A stretch of DNA of 62,973 bases, the filler included, from Octopus bimaculoides (lineage: Eukaryota), in the NCBI RefSeq assembly GCF_001194135.2. It is 5 parts of 5 records of this genome, joined end to end, with 100 filler letters (N's around TTAATTAATTAA, not from the genome) between each part and the next. Parts side by side here need not be neighbours in the genome. Positions count along the whole stretch, not along the records: positions 48,761 to 61,848 come from NC_068986.1; 4 more parts are not named here. One strand, 5' to 3'. Below are positions 48,761 through 60,452 of this stretch, piece after piece. Positions within the stretch are counted from its first letter, which is position 1. Every line of letters starts with the position of its first letter. The position numbers and the translations under genes were made by a program. Below the pieces are notes generated by a model that saw only the letters and a program-made list of their open reading frames with translations, was not told where the DNA came from and searched no databases.

Positions 48761-50638
48761 TATATATATATATATATGCATGCAAGAAAAGACAAAAAAG
48801 AGAGAACGGGAGAGAGTAAGATGGAAAATAATGCTTTTAAAATATGTTTATGTATTAGTTACAAAAGGTGATGATGGCTAAAACTTGCTAGTATGTGACT
48901 GTCTAAGTGTCTGTACGTCTGTGCATGTACGTATGCGCGTACACACATACGTGTGGCTGTGTGCATTGGTGTGTAAGTATGTATGTGTATAAAAGTGTGT
49001 ATGGGTTATGCACTGTTTCCTTGATACAGCAGTAATTGTAGATGTGTTTATAGTTATTGGAGTTATTCTCGTTGTTGTTGTTGTTGTTATTGTTGTTGTT
49101 GTTGGTGGTGTTGGTGGTTGTGTTGTTTATTTGTTTGTTGTTTATCTTCTTGTTGTTTAAAACGTAATAATCTGCTGTAGCGACACACAACTATATACAT
49201 TGCCATTTGTAATGAAGGCGATGATGGAGAAGGTGAATCAATATATAATAATGAAATTAAGCGTCTGAAACAGTTTGTTTATAATAGTCTCGGTTAAGAC
49301 TCCTTGGCAAAAGCAAATATGTAGGATGACTGTCGAGGTAAACGGTAGCAGCAGCAGCCGCAGCAGTAGCCGTACCAGCAGCAGCAGCAGCTGCAGCAGC
49401 AATAACAGTGTCCTCTGTAATACTAACATCAATGAAAAAAAACTGGAAAACTTACACGTACGTACTTATACATGCATACGTGCCAACATATATACATACA
49501 TGCATGCATATGCATATAAACATACATACATACATACATACATACATACATACATACATACACATTCGCATGCAAATACACACACACATATACACGCACA
49601 TATGGTCGAAAGGTAAAAAAAAAAAAAAATCCGCTTTCCGACCTTGAGGTCCTGGGTTCGGGATTCCGGGTTTACTGCGTGGTATTTTGAGCAAGTATCA
49701 TTTTCTATAGCTTGGGACCACCCCATACGTTACGAGTGAAAGTGGGTAACTGAAGGGTGTATAGAANNNNNNNNNNNNNNNNNNNNNNNNNNNNNNNNNN
49801 NNNNNNNNNNNNNNNNNNNNNNNNNNNNNNNNNNNNNNNNNNNNNNNNNNNNNNNNNNNNNNNNNNNNNNNNNNNNNNNNNNNNNNNNNNNNNNNNNNNN
49901 NNNNNNNNNNNNNNNNNNNNNNNNNNNNNNNNNNNNNNNNNNNNNNNNNNNNNNNNNNNNNNNNNNNNNNNNNNNNNNNNNNNNNNNNNNNNNNNNNNNN
50001 NNNNNNNNNNNNNNNNNNNNNNNNNNNNNNNNNNNNNNNNNNNNNNNNNNNNNNNNNNNNNNNNNNNNNNNNNNNNNNNNNNNNNNNNNNNNNNNNNNNN
50101 NNNNNNNNNNNNNNNNNNNNNNNNNNNNNNNNNNNNNNNNNNNNNNNNNNNNNNNNNNNNNNNNNNNNNNNNNNNNNNNNNNNNNNNNNNNNNNNNNNNN
50201 NNNNNNNNNNNNNNNNNNNNNNNNNNNNNNNNNNNNNNNNNNNNNNNNNNNNNNNNNNNNNNNNNNNNNNNNNNNNNNNNNNNNNNNNNNNNNNNNNNNN
50301 NNNNNNNNNNNNNNNNNNNNNNNNNNNNNNNNNNNNNNNNNNNNNNNNNNNNNNNNNNNNNNNNNNNNNNNNNNNNNNNNNNNNNNNNNNNNNNNNNNNN
50401 NNNNNNNNNNNNNNNNNNNNNNNNNNNNNNNNNNNNNNNNNNNNNNNNNNNNNNNNNNNNNNNNNNNNNNNNNNNNNNNNNNNNNNNNNNNNNNNNNNNN
50501 NNNNNNNNNNNNNNNNNNNNNNNNNNNNNNNNNNNNNNNNNNNNNNNNNNNNNNNNNNNNNNNNNNNNNNNNNNNNNNNNNNNNNNNNNNNNNNNNNNNN
50601 NNNNNNNNNNNNNNNNNNNNATACATATATATATATAT

Positions 50639-50676
<38 letters not shown>

Positions 50677-50829
50677 TAAAAAATTAATCAAAGGACATAC
50701 TAAGTATTCTACCTGCTGGAAATAACAGTCAAAACTCTTGTTTAAATCGCCCAAAATAGACTGATGATAACTACAGAAATCAACCGAAAGAAGATCAGGT
50801 TAATAAAATCTCCTGACGTACATTTAAGT

Positions 50830-51800
50830 ATTTGGACTCACGTGGACCGGTTTCTGCACTGGCAAAAAAAATCGCCTTTGCTTCTTCAGTACGTGTTACC
50901 ATGATAGAGACCTCCAACCTATCGTATTGAAGTCTGCGCCGCAATTGATTTGTTTTGCGCCGAAATCAATTACAGCTACCAGTAAGGAAATACTCTTGAT
51001 ACAAGGGCAAACAATTCACGAGAAAAAATCATTCCCAAAAAATTAATTTGCTAAGATATTATTGATTTTGTTATTATCTGGTATGACTATTTCAACAAAT
51101 GATAATAACAGAATTAATAATATAGGCGACTGCAGGCTCAAGAAAAGCAGTTAATAGCTGAAGGATTAAAATTAACCAAAAGAGTCATACCAGATAATAA
51201 CAAGATTAATAATATCTTAGCAAATTAATTTAACAAACATTGCAAAGCAAAACTCTGGTAGAAGTATAAATGCCAAAAGAGTTAGTATTACTTGAAAATT
51301 CCATCTTGCATTACTTAAATTGTGTATTTTTTGAAACTTTACAGTTGGAAATTTTCCGGTTTCTTCAAAGAAACGAAAAACTCTGATCAAATGAAATATA
51401 AATTTCGTGTCATCTTGCCATCCCGCTGATTCAGTAATCTTTTCTTCGCCATTGTTGAACTTAGCCTGGAGTTTCCCGTAATTACTTAGAAGCTCTGAGA
51501 TGAATGTATATTCAATATTGGGAGATGAGTTTTTTTCTCCAAGTTCGTTATCCAATACAATACGAATAACTCCATTAAGGATGTGATGCTGACGACTAAT
51601 AAATTGTGCTTCTTTCAAAATCTTCGGAGCAAAGTCTTTGCAAATGACAATGCCATTTCTTTTCCCAGTGTTCACACTCGTTGTATCAGCGACAATCATC
51701 TTTACACAGTTCCATAAATTGTATTCATCTAAAAGAGCTGTAATTCATTTCATAGAGACTTGAGGATAGTCAACATTTCTGTTTCTACGCAAGCACTGCC
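50830..51800 (-). mobile_element. Decayed DDE transposase, hAT-like (hATm-type by inference)
   Basis: ORF 51217-51699 plus upstream codons: LLDEYNLWNCVKMIVADTTSVNTGKRNGIV..QFISRQHHIL..LSNARWN. The DTT.NTG acidic motif and the HH motif match the hAT-like C/DxxH region. The element is interrupted by a MITE. Confidence 0.65.
51050..51221. mobile_element. 172-bp MITE with 39-bp TIRs nested in the transposase
   Basis: 51050-51088 and 51183-51221 are inverted with 2 mismatches. AAATTAATTT flanks both sides (51040-51049 and 51222-51231). Confidence 0.8.
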
Positions 51801-53550
51801 GATGTGGAAGAGTATCAGAGATAAGGGGAGTTGTGAATATTTCAAGTCACTAAGATTGACGTCATCATTAATGAATGAAAGACGGTTGGGTGCCTTCAAA
51901 GTTGAATGAACTGAAATCAAGCATGTTTTGATTAACTGTGGAGTTCGGAGAGCGAAGCTGCAGACGAAGTCTGGTTATAAAATGAAATTTGTATCGTAAG
52001 ACAGACTATGGGCACAGAAATTTATATCAAAGAGGTGGTACATAACGTGGGGGTTACTAGGAGGTAATGTGTGGGGCACAGAATGGACTGAATCTGCGGA
52101 TTTTGGAGAAATAGAAGGGAAATTTCTAGAGGATTGGGAGCTATTTTGATTTTTAACATTCCGTGAAGTTTTATATGCGCCCATGATTGTGCTGGGGCAA
52201 GACTACGACTCTCTGGTAGATAACCCCCAAATCGTTGCTCGTAAGTAGTCCAGTGAGATATATGAAGCTTTGGTTGGGTTTCTCAGAAGTTTTACTCTCC
52301 CTGGGGTACCAATCTCGGGCTTAGGAAAAGCGGATACAACAGCTGGCTGGGCAGGCTGGGCAATATCTGCCAGTGGATCTCCTTTGGATATATACCCTCT
52401 GAAAAACAATGACACTGCGCATAAGAAAGTCAAATGAGAACCTGGGTATCAAGAGATTGAGGTATTCTACTGTCAGAAGCTTGGTGTCGATGCTGGTAAC
52501 AGAATGCACTTCACTAAATTCAACCACGGTCAGACGGTGGTATTAAACTGGATAGAATGTTAAGCTTTCCGGGGCACTCTTCTCGAAATATAAAGAGTGA
52601 TACCTCTACATAAACTTGTACATATATCACCAATGCTGTCGATGTTTAGATGTTTGCAACTATAATACGAGCATGTGACTAGGGTGACATAATAGACTGC
52701 ATTATTTCTGTCTGGTTGACCCTGAGAGGCGCCTTGTCATTGTATTTAAATAGTTCTGCTGGTTTGTTATTTTGTCACTATAAAATGATTTTGACTTTAT
52801 CGTTCACGTTAACAGACGAGACATTATGTTATATTTCTAAGAGCACATTCAACTATTTTTTCCAGTCGGTAATGTATCTATATTTTGTTTTCCTTCGTTT
52901 GTTTGTTTTGTTTTTTTATTTTTAGTTATACTTTATGCACAGTGTCTGTATTATGTGAGGATTGGTTGTAGAATATATTGGTGTTGTTGATTTTCTACTT
53001 ACATCTCACAAGGTAATATAGTATATTTTAATATCCATTATTGAATCATATCTGCTTTAGTCCAGCAATTTCAACACGGAGCTACCGTTGGTTGCAACAT
53101 ATTAAATGTGCGCTACGACGTAGCAATTTTATGACAGTAATGTTGTATCTTCGGGGACAATCTCTATTTTTATTGATATAAACACAATTGTTCGTGGGAG
53201 TTTAGTGTAAATTACAGTGATGTAAGTACTGCGTGTGCATGCATGTTAGCTATGTTATTGATCCTTAACTCGTGTGCGAATTTAATTGCCGAATGGTATG
53301 TTAATGACTCCTTCTGGTCAAATAATTGTTTCTTATCTTTGACAAGCACATATGTATTATCTGCATATTGGCAGTATAATGAGACTTGTATATTATAGCT
53401 GCTTGCTGCAATATTTTATATTTTCTATGCTACACACGTAAAAGTTTGCGAAGCTGGACCCAAGAACTGAACTAACGATACATTGTTAGAGATGTCAAAA
53501 TTATTTCAGACAGGTTTTTAAGAATTTCACAGTATGTATATTATATATAA

Positions 53551-53615
<65 letters not shown>

Positions 53616-54634
53616 NNNNNNNNNNNNNNNNNNNNNNNNNNNNNNNNNNNNNNNNNNNNNNNNNNNNNNNNNNNNNNNNNNNNNNNNNNNNNNNNNNNNN
53701 NNNNNNNNNNNNNNNNNNNNNNNNNNNNNNNNNNNNNNNNNNNNNNNNNNNNNNNNNNNNNNNNNNNNNNNNNNNNNNNNNNNNNNNNNNNNNNNNNNNN
53801 NNNNNNNNNNNNNNNNNNNNNNNNNNNNNNNNNNNNNNNNNNNNNNNNNNNNNNNNNNNNNNNNNNNNNNNNNNNNNNNNNNNNNNNNNNNNNNNNNNNN
53901 NNNNNNNNNNNNNNNNNNNNNNNNNNNNNNNNNNNNNNNNNNNNNNNNNNNNNNNNNNNNNNNNNNNNNNNNNNNNNNNNNNNNNNNNNNNNNNNNNNNN
54001 NNNNNNNNNNNNNNNNNNNNNNNNNNNNNNNNNNNNNNNNNNNNNNNNNNNNNNNNNNNNNNNNNNNNNNNNNNNNNNNNNNNNNNNNNNNNNNNNNNNN
54101 NNNNNNNNNNNNNNNNNNNNNNNNNNNNNNNNNNNNNNNNNNNNNNNNNNNNNNNNNNNNNNNNNNNNNNNNNNNNNNNNNNNNNNNNNNNNNNNNNNNN
54201 NNNNNNNNNNNNNNNNNNNNNNNNNNNNNNNNNNNNNNNNNNNNNNNNNNNNNNNNNNNNNNNNNNNNNNNNNNNNNNNNNNNNNNNNNNNNNNNNNNNN
54301 NNNNNNNNNNNNNNNNNNNNNNNNNNNNNNNNNNNNNNNNNTATACTACATACTCCCCACACACACATATATATGTTTGGTGATACAAACAGGGAAATAG
54401 ATTTCAAATCATGAGATCTCAAAGAAGTCAGAATTCACAAAGCAAATCAAGGGACGAGAGTTTCGTGCATTGACACTTAACAAATTGTCGCATCAACTGA
54501 CTGTGCCTCCCCTCTAAAATACAGCAAATTATTTTATCGAGTACGAAAAGATGAAAGATGAAGTCAAGTTCAGGTGGATTTGAACGCACAGCATAAAGGT
54601 CCGTAACTAGACATTGCAATATATTCAACGAAAT

Positions 54635-54860
54635 ATTGGTTTCAAATTTTGACACAAGGCCAGCAATGTTTTTTTGGTCGTGGGGGGGGGGTTAAGTCGA
54701 TTACATCGACCCCAGTGATAAACTGGTAGTTATTATATGACCCCGAAATAATGAAAGGTAAAGTCGACCTGGGCGAAATTTGAACTCAGAACGTAAAGAC
54801 AAACGAAATGCAGCTAAGCAATTTTCCCGGCGTGCTAACGTTTCTACTAGCTCGCCGCCT
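54635..54860 (-). mobile_element. SINE family B, tail type 3
   Basis: TGGTTTCAAATTTTGACACAAGGCCAGCAAT..GTCGATTACATCGACCCCAGTG..AAAGTCGACC..GAAATTTGAACTCAGAACG..AGCTCGCCGCC. Confidence 0.85.
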
Positions 54861-55509
54861 TAATTCAACAAAATATTGATGTATAAAGACCAAACGAGCT
54901 TTTTTCTTGTCGCATACGAAGTCAATATTCTAATATATTCTGCTCTGATAAGTATTATAACCACCCAATATCTGAGAGAAATTGTTTTCCTACATATCTG
55001 TATAATGTTTCTATATTATATTTTTATGTATCTGTGTTATGTTTCCATATATTTATATATCATATGTGTTTCAACGTACCCCACCTCACATTTCATTTTG
55101 TATGTTACTGATTTCATTTTTCATATAACTTGTAGATTATTCAGCATATCAGCATATGATACATTGAATAGAGCAGCGCTGAGGACTTAATATTTCTTGA
55201 TATCCAAATAATATATTGGGATAGATTCAACCGACGATATCCTTTCGCCAATAAGTTTGTGGAATCGTGCCAATCTAAAAATTCAATATCACAAGGAAAG
55301 CACTTTTTTTTTTTCTTTGAAGTCGTCTGATCTGTTGGAAAGAAATCTGAATTCTATTTTGCTTTCACTAAAACAACCTGCAACGAGATGTGAAACGAGG
55401 GCGCCATACATTAGGATGTAAGCTTGCCAAAAGGAGTTAGTTTGCCAGTTCGTTTTGAATTTTAATATCGAGGTCAAGAATGTTTGGACAGCGATATATA
55501 TCAGTCAGC

Positions 55510-56240
55510 GATAATAAGTTTAGAAGGCTCTTAAGGATGGCAAACGATCAAGCCTCTGAACCAGGAAGCGTACGGAAGAGTGCATGAAACACGAGGAGTT
55601 ATGGGCGTTGAAGGCATTGAGAATAATGGTAATACAATAGGTGTCCTAAATATACAGCACGGAGTAGTCAAGCAAGTGGTAAATGCGGAGAGAGTTCAGA
55701 GAGCGGCAGAAACAGCAAATTATTTAAGATGAGGGACAGACTTTGAGATAGAGTAATATCTTTGTTATGTCGACGCCCCCAGGCGAAGAAGTAGGATTTC
55801 CCAAGACATATAAATAGAGGTAGTCTGGCCGTGGTAGGATGTTGAGTAGCACTTGAGTAGCAGTCGAGTAGCAGTTGTGTTGCGGTTGAGTAGCGATCAT
55901 CCGAAGGTGTTAGATAGCAGTAGCTTGAGACATAACAATCTTTGTGTAGGTGAAGGTTGTCTCCTTTTAGAAACGTCAGTGTGGCTGAGGTGTATGATGA
56001 GGAGAGTATGCATAACGCCTTTCCGACAAAAAGATTGAAAAAAAAAAAAAGGATTGTAGTGTGGAGAATAAAACTGAGTTAGATATGAGAAGACGGGATG
56101 TTTGTGTTTTAGGGATGAAAAAGAAGCATGGGTTAGCGTCTTGCTCCAATGTTTCGATGGTAATGAAAGATGCATTTTTCATAAGAGAGCGTGTTACCAC
56201 AGCTGATGTCTAAAAGGGACATAATTCTATTGTAATATCC
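55510..56240 (-). mobile_element. Very decayed CR1/L2-like LINE fragment
   Basis: Minus strand is C/T-rich, with CTCTATCTCAAAGTCTGTCCCTCAT resembling the LYKAQVRP coding stretch. No clean frame. Confidence 0.35.
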
Positions 56241-56397
56241 TTTTTACAAGCAAACTTTTCAGAGGCAGAGATTGAACTGAGTAACGATTTCATTTAGACT
56301 TGCCAGACCACCAATTATCCTAGCTGAGGGTACTACCAATTAAATCAGTGGTTGTCAACCTGGGTCCATATGGTTCTTGGAATCTGTATAAAATATT

Positions 56398-56606
56398 TTC
56401 TACTCAAGGCACAAGGCCCGAAATTTTGGGGGAAGGGGCCAGTCGATTAGATCGACCCTAGTACGCAACTGGTACTTAATTTATCGACTCGGAAAGGATG
56501 AAAGACAAAGTCGACCTCTGCGGAATTTGAACTCAGAACATAAAGACAGACGAAATCCCGCTAAGCATTTCGCCCGACGTGCTAACGTTTCTGCCAGCTC
56601 GCCGCC
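56398..56606 (-). mobile_element. SINE family B, tail type 2, with ~21-bp TSD
   Basis: Complete CpG-rich copy. TTGG(A/G)ATC(T/C)GTATAAAATATT is repeated at 56377-56397 and 56607-56627. Confidence 0.9.
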
Positions 56607-56630
56607 TTGGGATCCGTATAAAATATTGTT

Positions 56631-56738
56631 CAGTTCTATATTTAAGAGATGACGAATTATGTACATTATTTACATTATTTACAATTGACAGATATTTGTC
56701 CTCATCTTCTTTGTTGTTAATACAACGTTTCGGCTGAT
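56631..56738 (-). mobile_element. Second copy of the hammerhead-bearing element tail (truncated by gap)
   Basis: Minus strand ATCAGCCGAAACGTTGTATTAACAAC.AG.AGATGAGGACAAATATC.GTCAA.TGTAAATAATGTAAATAATG..TCATCTCTTAAATATAGAACTG matches 60716-60827. Confidence 0.85.
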
Positions 56739-58060
56739 NNNNNNNNNNNNNNNNNNNNNNNNNNNNNNNNNNNNNNNNNNNNNNNNNNNNNNNNNNNNNN
56801 NNNNNNNNNNNNNNNNNNNNNNNNNNNNNNNNNNNNNNNNNNNNNNNNNNNNNNNNNNNNNNNNNNNNNNNNNNNNNNNNNNNNNNNNNNNNNNNNNNNN
56901 NNNNNNNNNNNNNNNNNNNNNNNNNNNNNNNNNNNNNNNNNNNNNNNNNNNNNNNNNNNNNNNNNNNNNNNNNNNNNNNNNNNNNNNNNNNNNNNNNNNN
57001 NNNNNNNNNNNNNNNNNNNNNNNNNNNNNNNNNNNNNNNNNNNNNNNNNNNNNNNNNNNNNNNNNNNNNNNNNNNNNNNNNNNNNNNNNNNNNNNNNNNN
57101 NNNNNNNNNNNNNNNNNNNNNNNNNNNNNNNNNNNNNNNNNNNNNNNNNNNNNNNNNNNNNNNNNNNNNNNNNNNNNNNNNNNNNNNNNNNNNNNNNNNN
57201 NNNNNNNNNNNNNNNNNNNNNNNNNNNNNNNNNNNNNNNNNNNNNNNNNNNNNNNNNNNNNNNNNNNNNNNNNNNNNNNNNNNNNNNNNNNNNNNNNNNN
57301 NNNNNNNNNNNNNNNNNNNNNNNNNNNNNNNNNNNNNNNNNNNNNNNNNNNNNNNNNNNNNNNNNNNNNNNNNNNNNNNNNNNNNNNNNNNNNNNNNNNN
57401 NNNNNNNNNNNNNNNNNNNNNNNNNNNNNNNNNNNNNNNNNNNNNNNNNNNNNNNNNNNNNNNNNNNGTGTGTGTGTGTGTGTGTGTTTAGCCGTGACTG
57501 CGTGCGTGTGCGTGTGTATGTGAGTGTGTAACAGTGACCGTTCGTATGTGTGAGTGCATGAGACACTTCGCGCGTGTGTGTGTGTATGTGTGTGTGTGTG
57601 TGTGCATGACTGTTTGTCAGTGTGAGTATGTATATGCGTACCAGAGTGTGAGAGTACCTGTTAGTATGTGTGTGTGTATGTATATATGTGTGTAAATATG
57701 TGCGCGTGGTTATTCCTCTTTGTCTGTGTCTGTGATTATACGTGTGTTCTGTGTATATGTATGAGAGTGTGTTTGGTATGTTTGATTTTTAGAGTTGTGT
57801 TGCTTTACTTTTGTTGTTATTGTTGTGGCTGACGAAGTCGTCATCGCCGCTGCTGCTGCTGCTGCTGTTGTTGTTGTTGTTGTTGTTGTTGTTGCTGTAT
57901 TGCAATTAATGAAACATTTGTGAAAAGTGATTTTGTTTTGGTTTTAATTATTTCAAATTAAAATAAAATAGAATGTTTATTTAATCAAATTCCCGACTGT
58001 AACAGCAGCAGCAGCAGTAATAGTAACTACAACGATGACGATAATAGAAATAACAATAGC

Positions 58061-58097
<37 letters not shown>

Positions 58098-58107
58098 NNN
58101 NNNNNNN

Positions 58108-58147
<40 letters not shown>

Positions 58148-58253
58148 GTAACAGCAATAATAAACCGTCACAATTACAATAACATCGTCAATTATGACAA
58201 GAACAATAATAGAAATACCGGAAATAACAACAACAACGACACTAATAATAATA

Positions 58254-58305
<52 letters not shown>

Positions 58306-58599
58306 AAAGAGAGACAGAAAACTAATTGTTATTTAAGATTTGTAAGTCATGTCTAAATAATTTCCCATTTCTATATAGGAGGGATTGTGCCCATAGCCGT
58401 TTCTTTTTTTTTCTTTTTTCTTTTAAACGAGAGAAAAAGACAAGTGTAGGTGAGTTTAATATGGCGGCCGTGTATAATGAAATTGTCACGGCTTAAGAAA
58501 TAGAAGTAAAAACGAAAATGTAAGAGGGACCTTCTCATTGGTAGGGTATCTTGAATAGGAATAAAGAATTGGATAAGTATGTATATACTAGTGCAAGCA

Positions 58600-59370
58600 T
58601 GGCTATGTGGTGGTTAAAAAAAAATTCGCTTTGCAATCCCATGTGGTTTTGGTTTCAGTCCCACTGCGCAACGCTTTGGGCAAGTGTCTTCTACTGCAAC
58701 CTTGGGACGACTAAGGTCTTGTGAGAGGATTCAAAACAAATAAGCCGTATGGTGGCCAGTAATATACTCTCTTTCTCTTTTACTCTTTTACTTCTTCCGG
58801 TCATTTGACTGTGGCCATGCTGGAGCACTGCCTTTAGTCGAGCAAATCGACCCCAGGACTTATTCTTTGGAAGCCTAGTACTTATTCTATCGGTCTCTTT
58901 TGCCGAACCGCTAAGTTACAGGGACGTAAACACACCAGCATGTTGGTGGGGCAAGCACAGACACACAGACATACACACACACATATATATATATATATAC
59001 AGTTTTCGTCTATCAAATCTACTCACAAGGCTTTGGTCGACCCGAGACTATAGTAGAAGACACTTGCCCAAGTTGCCACGCAGTGGGGCGGAACTCGGAA
59101 CCATGTGGTTGGTAAGCAAGCTACTTACCACACAGCCACTCCTGCGCCTACATATATATGATAAGTTTAAAAACTTATAGTAAATGTACAAGCGAAAAAC
59201 AAGTATGGCTATGTGACAGTTAAAGATCTCGCTTTGCAACCTCATGTGACTTCGGTTTCAGTTTCATCATTGTGTAACACTTTAGGCAAGTGTCTTCTAC
59301 CATAACCTTGAGCCGACTAAGGTCTTGTGAGTAGATTGAATACACAGAAATTGTATGGAAATCAGTCAGA
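58600..59370. mobile_element. Cluster of three SINE family A copies (+ head 58600-58745, - near-full 58765-59150, + head 59200-59370)
   Basis: GGCTATGTGG..CAGTCCCACTGCG..TTGGGCAAGTGTCTTCTACT in each head; the minus copy matches 578-1020. Confidence 0.8.
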
Positions 59371-60452
59371 TATATATGATAAGTTTTAAAAAAAACGTAT
59401 AGTAAATGCACAAACGAAAACCAGACAGAATGGTAAGTTAAAAACATAGTAAATGCAGACGAACGGAAAACAGAAACAGAAGGCCCTCAACCCTTCATTA
59501 GTTATCAGTCAGAGCGTCAAGCGCAATTTCGTGTCTTTAACGATAATATTGATCCTTTCTGGTGGCACCGGCAAGAGCTGTCGGGAATATGGGACCAAGA
59601 ACGGACAAACAATAAATGGATAAACAAGCAATACGGAACTGGACATACGGAAATGAATAAATGTAATTCAAGACGAGACCGTTTGTGGACGGACAAGGGG
59701 CAAAAACGAAATAAATAAACAAACAGAATGTAGCTCAATGAAGGCGAAGTGTAAGTAACGCTAAGAGGGAAATCCTAAAGATTGAAAACAGAAGAGCAAC
59801 AGACAGCGAGAGTGGAGACTAGAGAAATTACGGCCGGCTGCTTTTCTATATATCGCTGGCATGAAGATGAGTCGCTGCTATTTCTAGCTGTCGAGCGTCC
59901 ATCATTGACGACAGCAAGAGAGGTCGAAATCACGTGACCTGGTGGTCTTGGCGCTGGAGATGGCGTGGGTGTTTATCTCCCCGCTAGCAATATAAACAAA
60001 AATACATTTTGCACCAAAAGCCAATATAAGAGTTTCTTTCTTGATAACTACCGCAGAATAGTCTGTTCTAACAAAACATCCACGTTTAAGTAGGGATAAA
60101 TATTACATCTCGGTATTAACACTACCTCTGTCGCTAATATGTATTAATTATATTGTAGCGGTGTAGGTAGATAGATAGTTGAAGGATCTCTCTTGCAAGA
60201 AAGGTCATAGAGTAACCTCCCATTTCAAAGATCTCGAAGCATCCATGTCACGAAACGTGATTCTTAATTATGAAAAGGCTTGGCGTTTCTCTTGGAAGTT
60301 TCTAGAATATCTAGCGTTCCATTAATAAAAACAGCTTGCTAAACCAGCTTTTCGCTTCTTAGTCGATTAGATTTAGAAGCATCCATGTCATTACTTTGTA
60401 CGTCTACTTCTCTACGCCCTAAAGCAGATATGACTGAAAGCCATCACTGAAA

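Noticed and set aside
52000-52620. GC-balanced island with short minus-strand ORFs upstream of the hAT-like transposase
   Set aside because: No motif could be assigned in any frame. It may be transposon or LINE debris but cannot be supported.
56346-56376. CAGTGGTTGTCAACC (also CAGTGGTTATCAACC at 541), resembling a hAT-Charlie type terminus
   Set aside because: No matching opposite terminus or TSD was found in the available sequence.
2290-57566. Long ORFs in the supplied track (poly-X, HT/YI/CV/ER/LS repeats, poly-Asp, poly-Gln/Ser)
   Set aside because: They are translations of N gaps and di-, tri- or tetranucleotide microsatellites, with no splice or homology support.
59481-59508. Fifth hammerhead-like remnant (minus strand CTAATGAAGGG..)
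   Set aside because: G5 is mutated and the stem II 3' strand and GAAAC are missing, so too little remains to support it.
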